Shown piece after piece: positions 12,001 through 21,215 of a DNA stretch of 64,000 nucleotides (its first letter is position 1; each line of letters opens with the position of its first letter). The notes beneath the pieces were generated by a model. The model was not told the origin of the DNA. It saw only the letters and a list, made by a program, of their open reading frames with translations, and ran no database searches. Where the stretch lies: positions 93,713 to 157,712 of the IMG/VR virus record IMGVR_UViG_3300031951_000022. One strand, 5' to 3'. Made by a program: the position numbers and the translations under genes. This stretch comes from a virus.

Positions 12001-12170
12001 GCGAATTTAGATACGGATACTTACAAGTAGAAGGTATGGCTGGTGTTGATCCTTTAGATAATATAACTATAGGTTCTACTATTCCAGTATTTGATAGATT
12101 ATATTTACAGAAAACTGAGGAAGATTGTTTTAGAAAAGGCGTAGCGGTTAAGTTTACACAATCAGAATAA
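9033..12170 (+). CDS. Large putative tail protein with Cys-rich repeats and poly-Ser linkers
   Basis: 1045 aa, AAGGA SD; C-terminal part has 3 YxCCTNGxDE...FCG...GPY repeats and 4 poly-Ser tracts. Confidence 0.6.
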   Translation: MAGINCGKLDITNINDDDVIAINNKAWVRGDVDEKVYIWDNKACVVIKFNDACTATICNDQTDVNKTLMLLSSAIEVSKESGDGESSPSPPNVDEDSANEEREAKSICGVELDKLKEAQKALDSSSINDRGYQGAAVMPIGAVVPMRSNVRTYGPYASANFGSSAGGVNVEVNTELCPWVFGSITAMHAAGSSLVSNADVGLTRAETGSITIQGLPDLIGLGATVVSGGPNLTGLNVSFGSSGITTNYEFRTYTPKFGGLNRHYLEKFKSIAKNRVEQLRFLRNNQILQNKIRRKLKNIDRNNNKAGGILDKDEGSKNSLQRVLMGEIYNWQNDDGSISQRTVVGTNGLAKSVAEMMYDYEKKAYVSLDALFGPVSLYGDGQLPRYANPNPLEHKKSSIGAQPPFAKYGQCYGSLNLDQYNIDLTQQYLNPLTNNFGDNDHHHTGPGAGHVIDVVGRNSEVPDNGVITNMYSPDDSSRYSNDYRFLAMRGPLVLHSWGYDLDGKPIPNAADDENATKAGTFKTDLLKDQFLKDWLKKPATWPAAPVDLRFDRERGLWVSPQPYKIVVAKIVTKINPFQEGRGVLINYGKKLFDQTGAEIRADGEGECENTEKQEEWVLVNLTDCQEPKYWCCTNGQDEYSNLLYKCVREDDYNFCGAANSVSGPYDTPSCDGGCDGGENYYCCTNGTDEEGNPLYRCLRDNDPAFCGVDNAVGGPYFDDPNCDAGCGPQGSSSSSSSSSSSSSIDLCNPPCAQTITVLTSISLSSGGLVAGTASVRVLDYTPTAPILIAATACSGTGSSSSSSSSMFSGYYCCTNGTDELGNLLYECIADNDRAFCGIANAVSGPYEDPACGGCGVESSSSSSSSSNPWYCVSDNGSVCFCKDDGGQRPEDPLYELESECIAVCCESSSSSSSSSSLPSSSSSSISSSSSSGPEPTPPDGDTQQPMIKLVDRIGKGHNAGELVYAYFDAENNVYIVLQRHKELNTATIYGEFRYGYLQVEGMAGVDPLDNITIGSTIPVFDRLYLQKTEEDCFRKGVAVKFTQSE
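10917..11825 (+). repeat. Intragenic Cys-rich repeats (x3, about 50 aa) and poly-Ser tracts
   Basis: Repeat starts near 10917, 11070, 11460; Ser runs near 11221-11260, 11423-11446, 11603-11630, 11751-11825. Confidence 0.9.
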
Positions 12171-12188
12171 AAGCAAAAAGGCAACAAC

Positions 12189-13169
12189 ATGGTATGTACT
12201 ACATTAACGCCGACACCATCATATACTGGAGCTATTACTCCAACGCCAACAAGAGCTAGTACCCCCACGCCCACGCCAACTCTAACCAGAACGGCTACTC
12301 CTTCTAATTCTCTACCTCTTTCTCCTACGCCATCTTCTGGAGATCCTAATACTTGGCTAACGCCAACCTTTGTTGCTGATGTTCCACCCACTTCAACACC
12401 AGCTCTCTCTAGTACACCAGCATTAACGCCATCCAATTCTCCCACCAGAACATCTAGTAGAACACCAACAAAGACAGTTTCTATTACAAGAACTAATACT
12501 CAGTCTCGCACAGCAACAAGAACACCTTCTTCCACGAGAGGTTCCACTCCCACCCCTACGTCAACTGTGTCGATGACTTTTACTCCAACTAAAACCTTAA
12601 CAGGGTCACTTACTAGAACTCCAACTAAAACACCAACTCTTAGTAAAAGCTTAACTCAGACTATTACCCCTACTAGAACTATTGGAGGAACTGATACTTC
12701 TCCAACACCCACACAAACAGCATCGTCTACTAGACCCTTTACTCCAACACCCACAAATAGTAACACCCCCACTAAATCTAGTACTCCAGGAGCTAGTCAA
12801 ACTCGTACTCCTAGTCTAACGACATCTTATAGTCGCACTGTTACTGCTAGCGTAAGCGAATCCTCATGTCCAGTGCCACCAATTAGTACAGGAACTTTGA
12901 CACCAACCCCAACAAATACTACAACAGCATCAAATACTAGAACAATTACTCCAACTAGAACAGGAACTAGAGCACCAACACCCACACCAGTAATAGCTAG
13001 TCCAACACCAACACCAACACCAACATATACCCCCACACAAACCGGAACTAATACTAGAACCCCCACTATAACTAAAACACAGACCAGAACCATTACTCGC
13101 ACAGCATCAAACACACCAACACGAACACCAACACGAACACAAACACGGACTCCATCACGATCTCTATAA
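12189..13169 (+). CDS. Thr/Pro/Ser-rich mucin-like protein
   Basis: 326 aa almost wholly TPTPT/TRT repeats with varied third codon positions; AAGG SD; co-oriented with tail genes. Confidence 0.7.
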   Translation: MVCTTLTPTPSYTGAITPTPTRASTPTPTPTLTRTATPSNSLPLSPTPSSGDPNTWLTPTFVADVPPTSTPALSSTPALTPSNSPTRTSSRTPTKTVSITRTNTQSRTATRTPSSTRGSTPTPTSTVSMTFTPTKTLTGSLTRTPTKTPTLSKSLTQTITPTRTIGGTDTSPTPTQTASSTRPFTPTPTNSNTPTKSSTPGASQTRTPSLTTSYSRTVTASVSESSCPVPPISTGTLTPTPTNTTTASNTRTITPTRTGTRAPTPTPVIASPTPTPTPTYTPTQTGTNTRTPTITKTQTRTITRTASNTPTRTPTRTQTRTPSRSL

Positions 13170-13172
13170 TAA

Positions 13173-13988
13173 TTATGTTGATGCTTTAATTAATATGTTT
13201 TTACTCCTCATACAATGAACAATGTTTGACTTAATTGGAAACTTATCTCCTGTCATATAATCTTCAAAAGTCCAGTCTGCATATTCTGGAAGCTTATTTC
13301 TCCAATAGCCAGTCCAATCACTAGCCCATAGCCAACTGGTTTTTTCTAAGGTTCTTTCTTCTGGGTTTTGCATGCAATGACCTAAGAAGGCCAAAGACAC
13401 CTCTTCTGTAAAATTATAGTAGCCCTTCTTTTTCGCATAAAAGAAAAAATTAAGTCCAATATTATAAAATTCGTCTATATAATTTTTATCAACTATCCAA
13501 AATCCAGCATTAGTATTATAGATCTTATCTAACTTTAAGCCAGTTTCTTCATACAATGGTTTATATTTTTCCACAGGACAACCCCACCAATCTTTTCTTT
13601 TAGCATTGGGTGAGGTAATTTCGTTCTCCATTTGAGCAAAAATTTTATGACCATCCATCATATGTATAAAATCGCCCGGATGATTAACAAAATAATTGTC
13701 GGCGTCTAAAAAAACATAATAGTCATAATTTAAACTGCTAACTTGTTCTTTGAGAAAGTGAAACTTAAACATATATAGGGATTTTTCAAAAGTACCACAC
13801 TTATGAACATTGGCCCCGTTTATATGTTCCATATCTGTCCATATGTGAAAGTCCTCTTGTACTCCACAGTCTCGGGCTGATTTCACCATTGTTTGTGCCA
13901 TTTTGGCATGGTGTCCATCAGCAACTGTCCAATAGCAAAATGTTTTATTTGCTATATCCTTTGAAGTTTTTAAATCCATACTCTCCAT
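13173..13988 (-). CDS. Glycosyltransferase, GT-A fold (GT8-like)
   Basis: YVFLDAD DxD motif, YNTNAGF, EE motif, C-terminal IVH. Confidence 0.6.
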   Translation of the reverse strand: MESMDLKTSKDIANKTFCYWTVADGHHAKMAQTMVKSARDCGVQEDFHIWTDMEHINGANVHKCGTFEKSLYMFKFHFLKEQVSSLNYDYYVFLDADNYFVNHPGDFIHMMDGHKIFAQMENEITSPNAKRKDWWGCPVEKYKPLYEETGLKLDKIYNTNAGFWIVDKNYIDEFYNIGLNFFFYAKKKGYYNFTEEVSLAFLGHCMQNPEERTLEKTSWLWASDWTGYWRNKLPEYADWTFEDYMTGDKFPIKSNIVHCMRSKNILIKAST

Positions 13989-14637
13989 TACCTCTTCTTT
14001 CAGCCTTATTTACCATGAATGTATCTTCCCATCCGAATAATGTATGAAAAGTTCCAGATGTTTGAAGCAATAGGTCCCCCAGCAACATATCTCCATTTCT
14101 TTTAATCATGTTTCTATCTGGGTAATCATATTTTCTTAAATATTCACACCTACCTACCCATAACCCACCAACGGGGAAAAAGCATGTGCTTGGCTGGGTA
14201 GGATGTTTAATTCCTTTGTACCAAGATCTGCTTTTTAAAAAATCTATATACAATGCATTTCTGCCATTAACATGAGGAAAACCCAACACATCAACCGGAT
14301 GGTTTTGTATTTGCTCATTTAGCGTTTGGTCCCAATTTGGTTTTCTGATATAGCTATCATCATCAAACCATATCATATATTCAGTATCTACTAAATCTAA
14401 TAACATTCTGAACATAGGATCTTTATTAATATTAACATTACAGTCAATTAAACTACTAATTTGAGCAGTATCTAGAAGATGTCTATAGTATTTTTTAGTC
14501 TCATTACAGCACTCACTCAAACCAACATGAATTTTTAGTGGTAGTGTTTTATGTTGTAAGATAGAATCTATACATTTTTTAGATATATCATAATAATTGC
14601 CATAACAACATATTAAAACTTCAAATTTATTATTCAT
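13945..14637 (-). CDS. Glycosyltransferase family 2-like
   Basis: N-terminal VLICCY...CIDSI, MIWFDDDS. Confidence 0.65.
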   Translation of the reverse strand: MNNKFEVLICCYGNYYDISKKCIDSILQHKTLPLKIHVGLSECCNETKKYYRHLLDTAQISSLIDCNVNINKDPMFRMLLDLVDTEYMIWFDDDSYIRKPNWDQTLNEQIQNHPVDVLGFPHVNGRNALYIDFLKSRSWYKGIKHPTQPSTCFFPVGGLWVGRCEYLRKYDYPDRNMIKRNGDMLLGDLLLQTSGTFHTLFGWEDTFMVNKAERRGNGEYGFKNFKGYSK

Positions 14638-15250
14638 ATTTGTACTTAATTAGCCATGCTACTGTTTGTAATAGGTCTTGCATATATGGTTTAAGATTTT
14701 CTTTTTGAGATATGTCTATTATATGAGAATCTTCTATTTCTAGCCAGTTCCATATTTGGTCTTGCATATGTTCTTTAAAAAAGCCTAAGTTTGGAGAATA
14801 GTCGTGGGCCATAATAATATCGCCCATCTTTAACAGCGGGGCTAGTATATTATACTCACACCTTTTACATCCGCCATCACATAAAACTAATGTTAAACCA
14901 TCTTGTCTTATAAAAGAACGAATTTCATCTTCTGCTTTTTTTGTAATAAAAGACGTATTCTCATAATCGAATAAGTTTTCTGTTCTAACATCCACAGCCT
15001 TGTTTACTACTAGTGGCTTTAAAAATTCTTGGTCATTAATATCATAAGTACGAATAATATTCTTGTGAAGATTTAATTCATCCATAATATCTCTTAACAT
15101 TAATGTCAGCCCACCATGAAATGTTCCAATTTCTAATATTCTGGCTGGAGTTATTTCTGCTAATAGTTGTTTAAATACTTGTGGCGTATTTCTGTGCTGG
15201 CTCATAAATAAATAGCCATAAGCAAAGCCACCCTCTACTGTGTCTGTCAT
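14630..15250 (-). CDS. Class I SAM-dependent methyltransferase (CmcI-like)
   Basis: ILEIGTFHGG motif I, TYDI, VLCDGG, IMAHD. Confidence 0.75.
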   Translation of the reverse strand: MTDTVEGGFAYGYLFMSQHRNTPQVFKQLLAEITPARILEIGTFHGGLTLMLRDIMDELNLHKNIIRTYDINDQEFLKPLVVNKAVDVRTENLFDYENTSFITKKAEDEIRSFIRQDGLTLVLCDGGCKRCEYNILAPLLKMGDIIMAHDYSPNLGFFKEHMQDQIWNWLEIEDSHIIDISQKENLKPYMQDLLQTVAWLIKYKYE

Positions 15251-16231
15251 TTATAAGTCCTCTAAAGTAAATTTTGACAATATATAATCTATATTATTGT
15301 TAGGGTTGCAGTTTTTTAAATACCATTGTCTAGCATTATGACTAACAAACTCAAGATAATCATAGTTATTTTTGATTAAATTCCAATAGTATTCCACATA
15401 GTCGCCAAAATTTTCGTATTGTGAATACCAAGGATTGCCATCCCAATATTTACAGGCATGAAAACAATTAACATAATGATAGTTTGAAATTAATGGATCA
15501 GGATAATTAATATCTAGGTGTGGTCTTAGAACAGGAACACCCACAGCAAAACACTCTATATCCCTATTACATATCTCAGTTCCTCCAGGTAGACTTAAAG
15601 CAGACCTATTCTCAGACAGTTCTTTTAAGTACTCAAGATAGTTTAGATTATTAGATTCTTTATTTTTGTCGATAATTCTGATAGATGGATCGGATATAGT
15701 TCTAACCATATCTTCTCTAAAATGCCACATATATCCACGAAAATGCAATAGACCCCGAGTCTGCTTAACATTTCTTTGGGTGTATATCTCATTAATTTCG
15801 TTATAAAAACTATCATAATATGGAGCATAGAAAAAACTATGATATTTATTAGTAATATTCAGAGGACAATCAATGTCAGGATTATCAGCCTCTACTGATC
15901 TAAAATTAAAATAATCAATATAGTTAAAACCACCACAATAAAAAAACTTATGCATTTTAGATGGATTCCAACCTAAATGCTTCATAAAGTGATATTTCCA
16001 ATTATCAAAAAATGATACTATGATATAGTTTTGCGTATCAGGATTAATAATAGAAAAATTCATACAGCTATATATACTGCCATATCCATTGTTCTCATAG
16101 GATGGATCATTATGAATTTCAAAGGTATGTTGCGGAAACCGTGTCTCTATAGTTTTATAAAGCTTTTGAAAAAAAGAAGTTACATAATAGTTAGGAATAT
16201 CTCTAAATTGATGACGTATATGGTATTTCAT
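15251..16231 (-). CDS. Putative glycosyltransferase (GT-B-like C-terminus)
   Basis: LHFRG...YLKEL...ALSLPG...CNRDIECFAVGVP; start at ATGA overlap 16231. Confidence 0.55.
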   Translation of the reverse strand: MKYHIRHQFRDIPNYYVTSFFQKLYKTIETRFPQHTFEIHNDPSYENNGYGSIYSCMNFSIINPDTQNYIIVSFFDNWKYHFMKHLGWNPSKMHKFFYCGGFNYIDYFNFRSVEADNPDIDCPLNITNKYHSFFYAPYYDSFYNEINEIYTQRNVKQTRGLLHFRGYMWHFREDMVRTISDPSIRIIDKNKESNNLNYLEYLKELSENRSALSLPGGTEICNRDIECFAVGVPVLRPHLDINYPDPLISNYHYVNCFHACKYWDGNPWYSQYENFGDYVEYYWNLIKNNYDYLEFVSHNARQWYLKNCNPNNNIDYILSKFTLEDL

Positions 16232-17505
16232 ATATTGCCTACAATTGGTTCTGACCACCCCTTACTTACGCTGTGAGGCCATACCAACCAGCTGTGTGGC
16301 TTTTCTTTAGTTTCAAACCATCTCCAAACTTTACAATATCCATCAGGGTCTTTTTTCATTCTTTCAATTTCATCTATATCAGCATCTTGTCTAAACATTT
16401 CTTGGCCATTTTGATCTTTAAATGCTACCGCCCAGAAATCATAGTCATTTTCTGGAACTTGATCATATCCTAGATCAATACAGTGCTTAAACATGTATAC
16501 TAAGCTGGCCTCAAAGTCTTCATCAGAGATTTTCATATTATCAAGCTTAGGAGGCTTATGATCTAAAACATCTAATGTAATAGCTCTATTTTTAAAACTA
16601 ATACCAGCATACTTTTCATAATCAGACAATGATCTTTCATTACCAAAATCATATATGCCAAAGTCTATATCTTTGATTTCGCCGTCCATACCAAATAATT
16701 TGCGATTCCTTGAATGACACTGGTTATTTCTGTCTATCCATTTTTGATCATCGTCCCATTGCTTACTTCTTCCTTTTCTAGTATATTCATGCCAACAAAT
16801 TACCTTATTTGGATAGAATAAATCATACCCCTTAGTAAAAGCCCTAGCGGCAACGTTGATCTCTTCACCATGAAAATAATAGTAAGGATCATGCTTAACC
16901 TCTTGAGCAAATTGACCGATAGAAAACGCAAAGTGGGCGCTGTAAAATCTGCCGGGAATAGGCTTTGTTATATCTTCTATCTCTGGTTGTAAACTAGTTG
17001 GTAAAAAGAATATGGCGCCTTCTGGTATAAATCTATCAAAAGTCATTTTCCATGGCTCTTGTATTCTAGCAGCCGGATCGTTGTCAGGATCAAAACTTGG
17101 GATGTATGTTGTTATTAGTGGTTTAGCATGTCCGTCCGCCTGAAGTTCTGAGACCATATTAATGAGCATTTCATCCCAGTCTTTAACAAATCTATGATGA
17201 CTATCTAGCTGTAATGTATAATCTTCATTTGAGTATAGTGTTTGAATAAGATTTCTAGCCCAACAAACACCCTGAGAATCTCTATAGTCTATATCTAGTA
17301 TTTTAAATCTACTATCTTTTTTAAATTCGTCTAAACTATCCCAACTATCATCAGGATGATGTTGCCAAGCTATACCGAATCTTAGATTCTCTGGATATTT
17401 GGCACTTTCTATTAGGTTGTGCAGGGTAGGTGATAGTTGAGGATCTCTATATGAGGCGATTTGTATAAAAATAGTACTAGTTTTCTTTTCTTTCTGTTGC
17501 GCCAT
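16228..17505 (-). CDS. GlcNAc transferase, Gnt1/GT60-like (polypeptide alpha-GlcNAc transferase family)
   Basis: IFIQIASYRDPQL, GVCWAR, LQLDSHHRFVKDWD, FHGEE, AFTKGYDLF, WHEY. Confidence 0.8.
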   Translation of the reverse strand: MAQQKEKKTSTIFIQIASYRDPQLSPTLHNLIESAKYPENLRFGIAWQHHPDDSWDSLDEFKKDSRFKILDIDYRDSQGVCWARNLIQTLYSNEDYTLQLDSHHRFVKDWDEMLINMVSELQADGHAKPLITTYIPSFDPDNDPAARIQEPWKMTFDRFIPEGAIFFLPTSLQPEIEDITKPIPGRFYSAHFAFSIGQFAQEVKHDPYYYFHGEEINVAARAFTKGYDLFYPNKVICWHEYTRKGRSKQWDDDQKWIDRNNQCHSRNRKLFGMDGEIKDIDFGIYDFGNERSLSDYEKYAGISFKNRAITLDVLDHKPPKLDNMKISDEDFEASLVYMFKHCIDLGYDQVPENDYDFWAVAFKDQNGQEMFRQDADIDEIERMKKDPDGYCKVWRWFETKEKPHSWLVWPHSVSKGWSEPIVGNI

Positions 17506-19105
17506 AATAATGAACTCTTCTGTGTGTAATAGGACTTGCTAATAAAATTGCGGGCTTAACTTCTTTTTGTTTAGTTAGAGTATAAATATGGCTCATCCAT
17601 GTTTGTTCATAAGGATGTTGCCATTTGGTATCCATAAAGCACTTCTTATTGCCTTGCTGACTTATTATATGTGGCCAATTAGAATAGTAAATCTCACCAT
17701 CAGCATATGGTATACCATTTAAACTTTTAATATTATTGAATTGGGTTGGTGGCTTGTGTTGTAAGTCTTCAAAATACTCTACTCTCAAAGACTGTGGTAC
17801 ATTATGCCAACTCCATTGTTCTCCGTTATGACCATAAAATTCACTAAAGCTAAACTTTATAAAATCATAATTCTCTTTATTCATAATTTTAATAAGGTTA
17901 CTATATAGACTATTTATTGTTTTAGAAAAGCCAAAATTACAAAATCCTTCATACTCCAACAACATATCATCCTCAAAGAAGAACATAAAATCAGCACCAC
18001 TTTCCGCAAAGTGTTCAGCAGCCAATTGTCTACCCCCACAAATACCAATGTTGCCGGGCCTTATCTCTATGAAGTTATATTCTGCGACAATTTTATCATA
18101 TTCATCAAAGAATTTATTTTCAGTAGAATTATTAATTAGTATTTTATTAGTTTTGTCTAGAAAATCACGATCATATTCTTCAAAAGAAGACAAGACCATC
18201 CTTACCTGTTCAGGCGAATTAAAGGTTAAGATATACAGGTTTGTTTGATTGGTTTTGACCTTAATACGAGAGTCCTGTAGCTGCTCAAAGAAATAATAGA
18301 CCAAACCATCACCCTGAATTAATTCATAGTGGTAGGTTGATGGGTCTAGATATGTCATTATTGTGAAAATGCTCTCCTCTGTACCCATGTATCCGTCATC
18401 TAGGGTGTCATTTAAGAGTCTATAATAAAGATCATTGGCTGGAGATATGCTGTTTTTAGACCCGCCAAAAAACCCTCCGCGTACCACCCTAGTAATATTA
18501 TCTGTTTGGCCATATTGTTTCATTCCATTTATATTAAATCCATGAATCTCAGTATCTGTTTCATATGGAAAAGCTATAAACAAGAAATTGTCTGATATTT
18601 TAATAAGATTATTAATAACTACAGGATTTTGAAAATATCCTAAGCTCATAGTATTGCTTAATCCACCATCTATCCAATAAAAATAATCACTATTAAATGG
18701 ATCAAAACACTTAGCGTTATGTAGCAAAAACATCTTGCTCATAACCATAGGATTATAATATTCTAAAGATGCCTGCGTACTATCCTGTAACCAACCAACC
18801 TGATTATACCATTCTGGATTATTTCTTATGTTTTGTACTTTATTAAAGAATGGAAAAAAAGATCCAGCAAAATCTTGTTTTGTATGATAATATATGCGAG
18901 TATTATGCTTCGACCTATGCTGCCACACAATATCTTCTAATGTTGGATCAATAAAAACAATTAGATTATAGTCTTTAAGGTCCGCTAGAAGTTGAATGAA
19001 GTGATGAATATAGTGGTCAAAACTTCTTTGCCAGCCCGGTTTGGATTTGTCTCTATCCAAGTTCCAAATACCAGTGACAAAACAAATATTATGTTTTTTT
19101 TGCAT
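17477..19105 (-). CDS. HtrL/YibB-like glycosyltransferase fused to a second GT-A domain
   Basis: VTGIWNLDR...RSFDHY...MSKMFLL...PFNSDYFYWIDGG...GGFFGG...GTEES; C-terminal domain with FFEDDM. Confidence 0.7.
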   Translation of the reverse strand: MQKKHNICFVTGIWNLDRDKSKPGWQRSFDHYIHHFIQLLADLKDYNLIVFIDPTLEDIVWQHRSKHNTRIYYHTKQDFAGSFFPFFNKVQNIRNNPEWYNQVGWLQDSTQASLEYYNPMVMSKMFLLHNAKCFDPFNSDYFYWIDGGLSNTMSLGYFQNPVVINNLIKISDNFLFIAFPYETDTEIHGFNINGMKQYGQTDNITRVVRGGFFGGSKNSISPANDLYYRLLNDTLDDGYMGTEESIFTIMTYLDPSTYHYELIQGDGLVYYFFEQLQDSRIKVKTNQTNLYILTFNSPEQVRMVLSSFEEYDRDFLDKTNKILINNSTENKFFDEYDKIVAEYNFIEIRPGNIGICGGRQLAAEHFAESGADFMFFFEDDMLLEYEGFCNFGFSKTINSLYSNLIKIMNKENYDFIKFSFSEFYGHNGEQWSWHNVPQSLRVEYFEDLQHKPPTQFNNIKSLNGIPYADGEIYYSNWPHIISQQGNKKCFMDTKWQHPYEQTWMSHIYTLTKQKEVKPAILLASPITHRRVHYYGATERKEN

Positions 19106-19529
19106 TTTTAATAGCTTTCTTAACCAAAATCCTTCCGGCCATATCAATAAACGGTAAGCCTCTTTTGGTCGCTTCTTCTTTTAACCATCCCACGATAGTA
19201 TCAATATTATTTTCACACCATTCTATTCCATTAGTATCCATTAGTAATGCTTTTTTATTACATGAGCAATTAGGAGTTGCTTTGATTCCAATTTTACCTA
19301 AAAGTTTTTTTAATTCTGTGCCGACGCCAGAGATAGGGGTTTGTGGATTTGGTGAAATCTTTGTTTCAGAGGATAGTCCTGGCTTCGGCACACTTGGGTA
19401 AGCCGGATGCGTCTCGTCCACCGTGATCTTGTTGCCTTCTGCGCTGACGATGCAGGGCTGGACTTGTTCAAGCGTGTAGCCGCGCTGTCGGCAGATCGCC
19501 GCTAGCTGATTCTTGCTCGTGTGGATCAT
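19089..19529 (-). CDS. Hypothetical protein (GTELKKLL...CSC...WC type)
   Basis: Start at ATGA overlap 19529; 5' part GC-rich, 3' part AT-rich. Confidence 0.6.
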   Translation of the reverse strand: MIHTSKNQLAAICRQRGYTLEQVQPCIVSAEGNKITVDETHPAYPSVPKPGLSSETKISPNPQTPISGVGTELKKLLGKIGIKATPNCSCNKKALLMDTNGIEWCENNIDTIVGWLKEEATKRGLPFIDMAGRILVKKAIKNAKKT

Positions 19530-20872
19530 GGCGGCAGGAATGAAATAACAGGGTCTAGTTGTCCATCGCACCCGCTAGAGCAGGCGCAGCCATCGCCGGG
19601 CAAGTCGCCGCACGCTTCAGGGCGAGGACCGTCAACGTTGATATCAAAGCCCCCGCCCGGCTCGACAGGGAAATACGGCGAAAACCCAGACCACTGCACG
19701 ACTTGAGCATCTCCTACGGGGCAGCCGTCCTCGTCATTTTCCCACCGGAGGCAGACAGTCCGCGTGCGTCCGAAAAGCGCTCTTGAGCTTACAAACTCAC
19801 TACCTGGAGGCTTTCGGCAAACGAAGCAAAAGTATCGAATCGTTGCCGTTACATAAGCCACGCCATCGCACCAGACAACTGGCCCAACGTTAGCAATCGA
19901 AACAGAGCTTTCTGTACCTTCTGGCGCATCGTCGCCGGGATCGAAAGGATTTTGGCCTGAACAAAACAAATCACCTTGCGCGCACACGGTTCCGAAAAAA
20001 TCACCAAATGCCCCTTGGTTTCTAGTCGGTATTGCTATAGGCCCGCTTTCGAGATTGTTAATGCCCCAATCGACATACATAAACTCTGGAATTTCGCATG
20101 GCGGTCCACCTGACTCGCACGGGCCGTAGCATGCTTCCACGCACTGCCCATCTACGCATGGTCCTTTAATACATTCTTCTGGTAGTGAAGAGATAATGTT
20201 TGGATCGAATTCACACACGCTTCTAGTAATTGTATTTCCACTACAAGCAAACACAATACCATTAATAGGCCCCCAAGGGGCTATATTAATCGCTCCAGGT
20301 TTTAATTGACATAATGGAAACTGATTAGGATTTGAAAAGGGGGAACATAAAACTGGAGCATTCTGCTCTCCATAAGGAGTAGCACACTCGCTAGTCACTA
20401 CATAAGCACCATCTGCTGGGCCATTATAACTATCATTGCAACAACGAGCAGTGATATGCGGAGGAACGACATCCCAGTATCCATCAGGCTCTTCTTCTGA
20501 CGGAGGTCTTAACTGTACCACCTCTCCTGAATACGGAATAACATCACAAAATCCAGCGGCTTGCAGAGCAGTTACGGCACCATTTAGACTTACACCATCT
20601 TCATAGTTATAAACAAACCCACCAAAGGGTCCAGGCTGCCATCCAGTACATATTGCGTTAGTTGCCGATCTTAGTTGCTCTAAGCACGCCTGTGCGCATG
20701 CTTCACTAAAATTAAAATCGCAATTAATAGTAAAATAATCGCAACTTTGATTTGTTGGAAGGTATATTATATCACACACACACACGGCGTCTTTACAACA
20801 ACAGCTGTTAGTGGTTGCTAGTTTATTATCGACCAATAATAAACCACCATTATATAGTATAAGCGGAGACAT
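19526..20872 (-). CDS. Cys-rich hypothetical protein, possibly virion-associated
   Basis: 448 aa, many Cys, N-terminal LLLVDNKLATTNSCCC; mosaic GC content. Confidence 0.55.
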   Translation of the reverse strand: MSPLILYNGGLLLVDNKLATTNSCCCKDAVCVCDIIYLPTNQSCDYFTINCDFNFSEACAQACLEQLRSATNAICTGWQPGPFGGFVYNYEDGVSLNGAVTALQAAGFCDVIPYSGEVVQLRPPSEEEPDGYWDVVPPHITARCCNDSYNGPADGAYVVTSECATPYGEQNAPVLCSPFSNPNQFPLCQLKPGAINIAPWGPINGIVFACSGNTITRSVCEFDPNIISSLPEECIKGPCVDGQCVEACYGPCESGGPPCEIPEFMYVDWGINNLESGPIAIPTRNQGAFGDFFGTVCAQGDLFCSGQNPFDPGDDAPEGTESSVSIANVGPVVWCDGVAYVTATIRYFCFVCRKPPGSEFVSSRALFGRTRTVCLRWENDEDGCPVGDAQVVQWSGFSPYFPVEPGGGFDINVDGPRPEACGDLPGDGCACSSGCDGQLDPVISFLPP

Positions 20873-20881
20873 TATTATCCT

Positions 20882-21202
20882 TTATTTATCTTTAGTCCAC
20901 TTATGCCAGCCTTTGTTGGGTAAATAGTTACCATCATCATCTTTACGCTTAGGAAATAGAGTGCCACCCTTTTTGTGTTGGCCAAAAGCTAAAATAGCAC
21001 CACAATCCGCACAGCGTAGTTCGTAATAGTCATTGCCTTCTACACTTCGCACAACAAAGCGCAAATTAGTGCTACTGCATAGACCACACTTTTCTTCAGC
21101 AAAAATTTCTTGTATTAGAGCCAATTCCTTAAAAATTTCTTTTTGACCAGAACCCTCTAATTCAAATTCAAGCTTGTCTCCAACCTTATATTTAACTTTC
21201 AT
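20882..21202 (-). CDS. Zn-ribbon hypothetical protein
   Basis: CGLC...CADC; GGAG SD. Confidence 0.6.
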   Translation of the reverse strand: MKVKYKVGDKLEFELEGSGQKEIFKELALIQEIFAEEKCGLCSSTNLRFVVRSVEGNDYYELRCADCGAILAFGQHKKGGTLFPKRKDDDGNYLPNKGWHKWTKDK

Positions 21203-21215
21203 CTTTTAGACTCCT

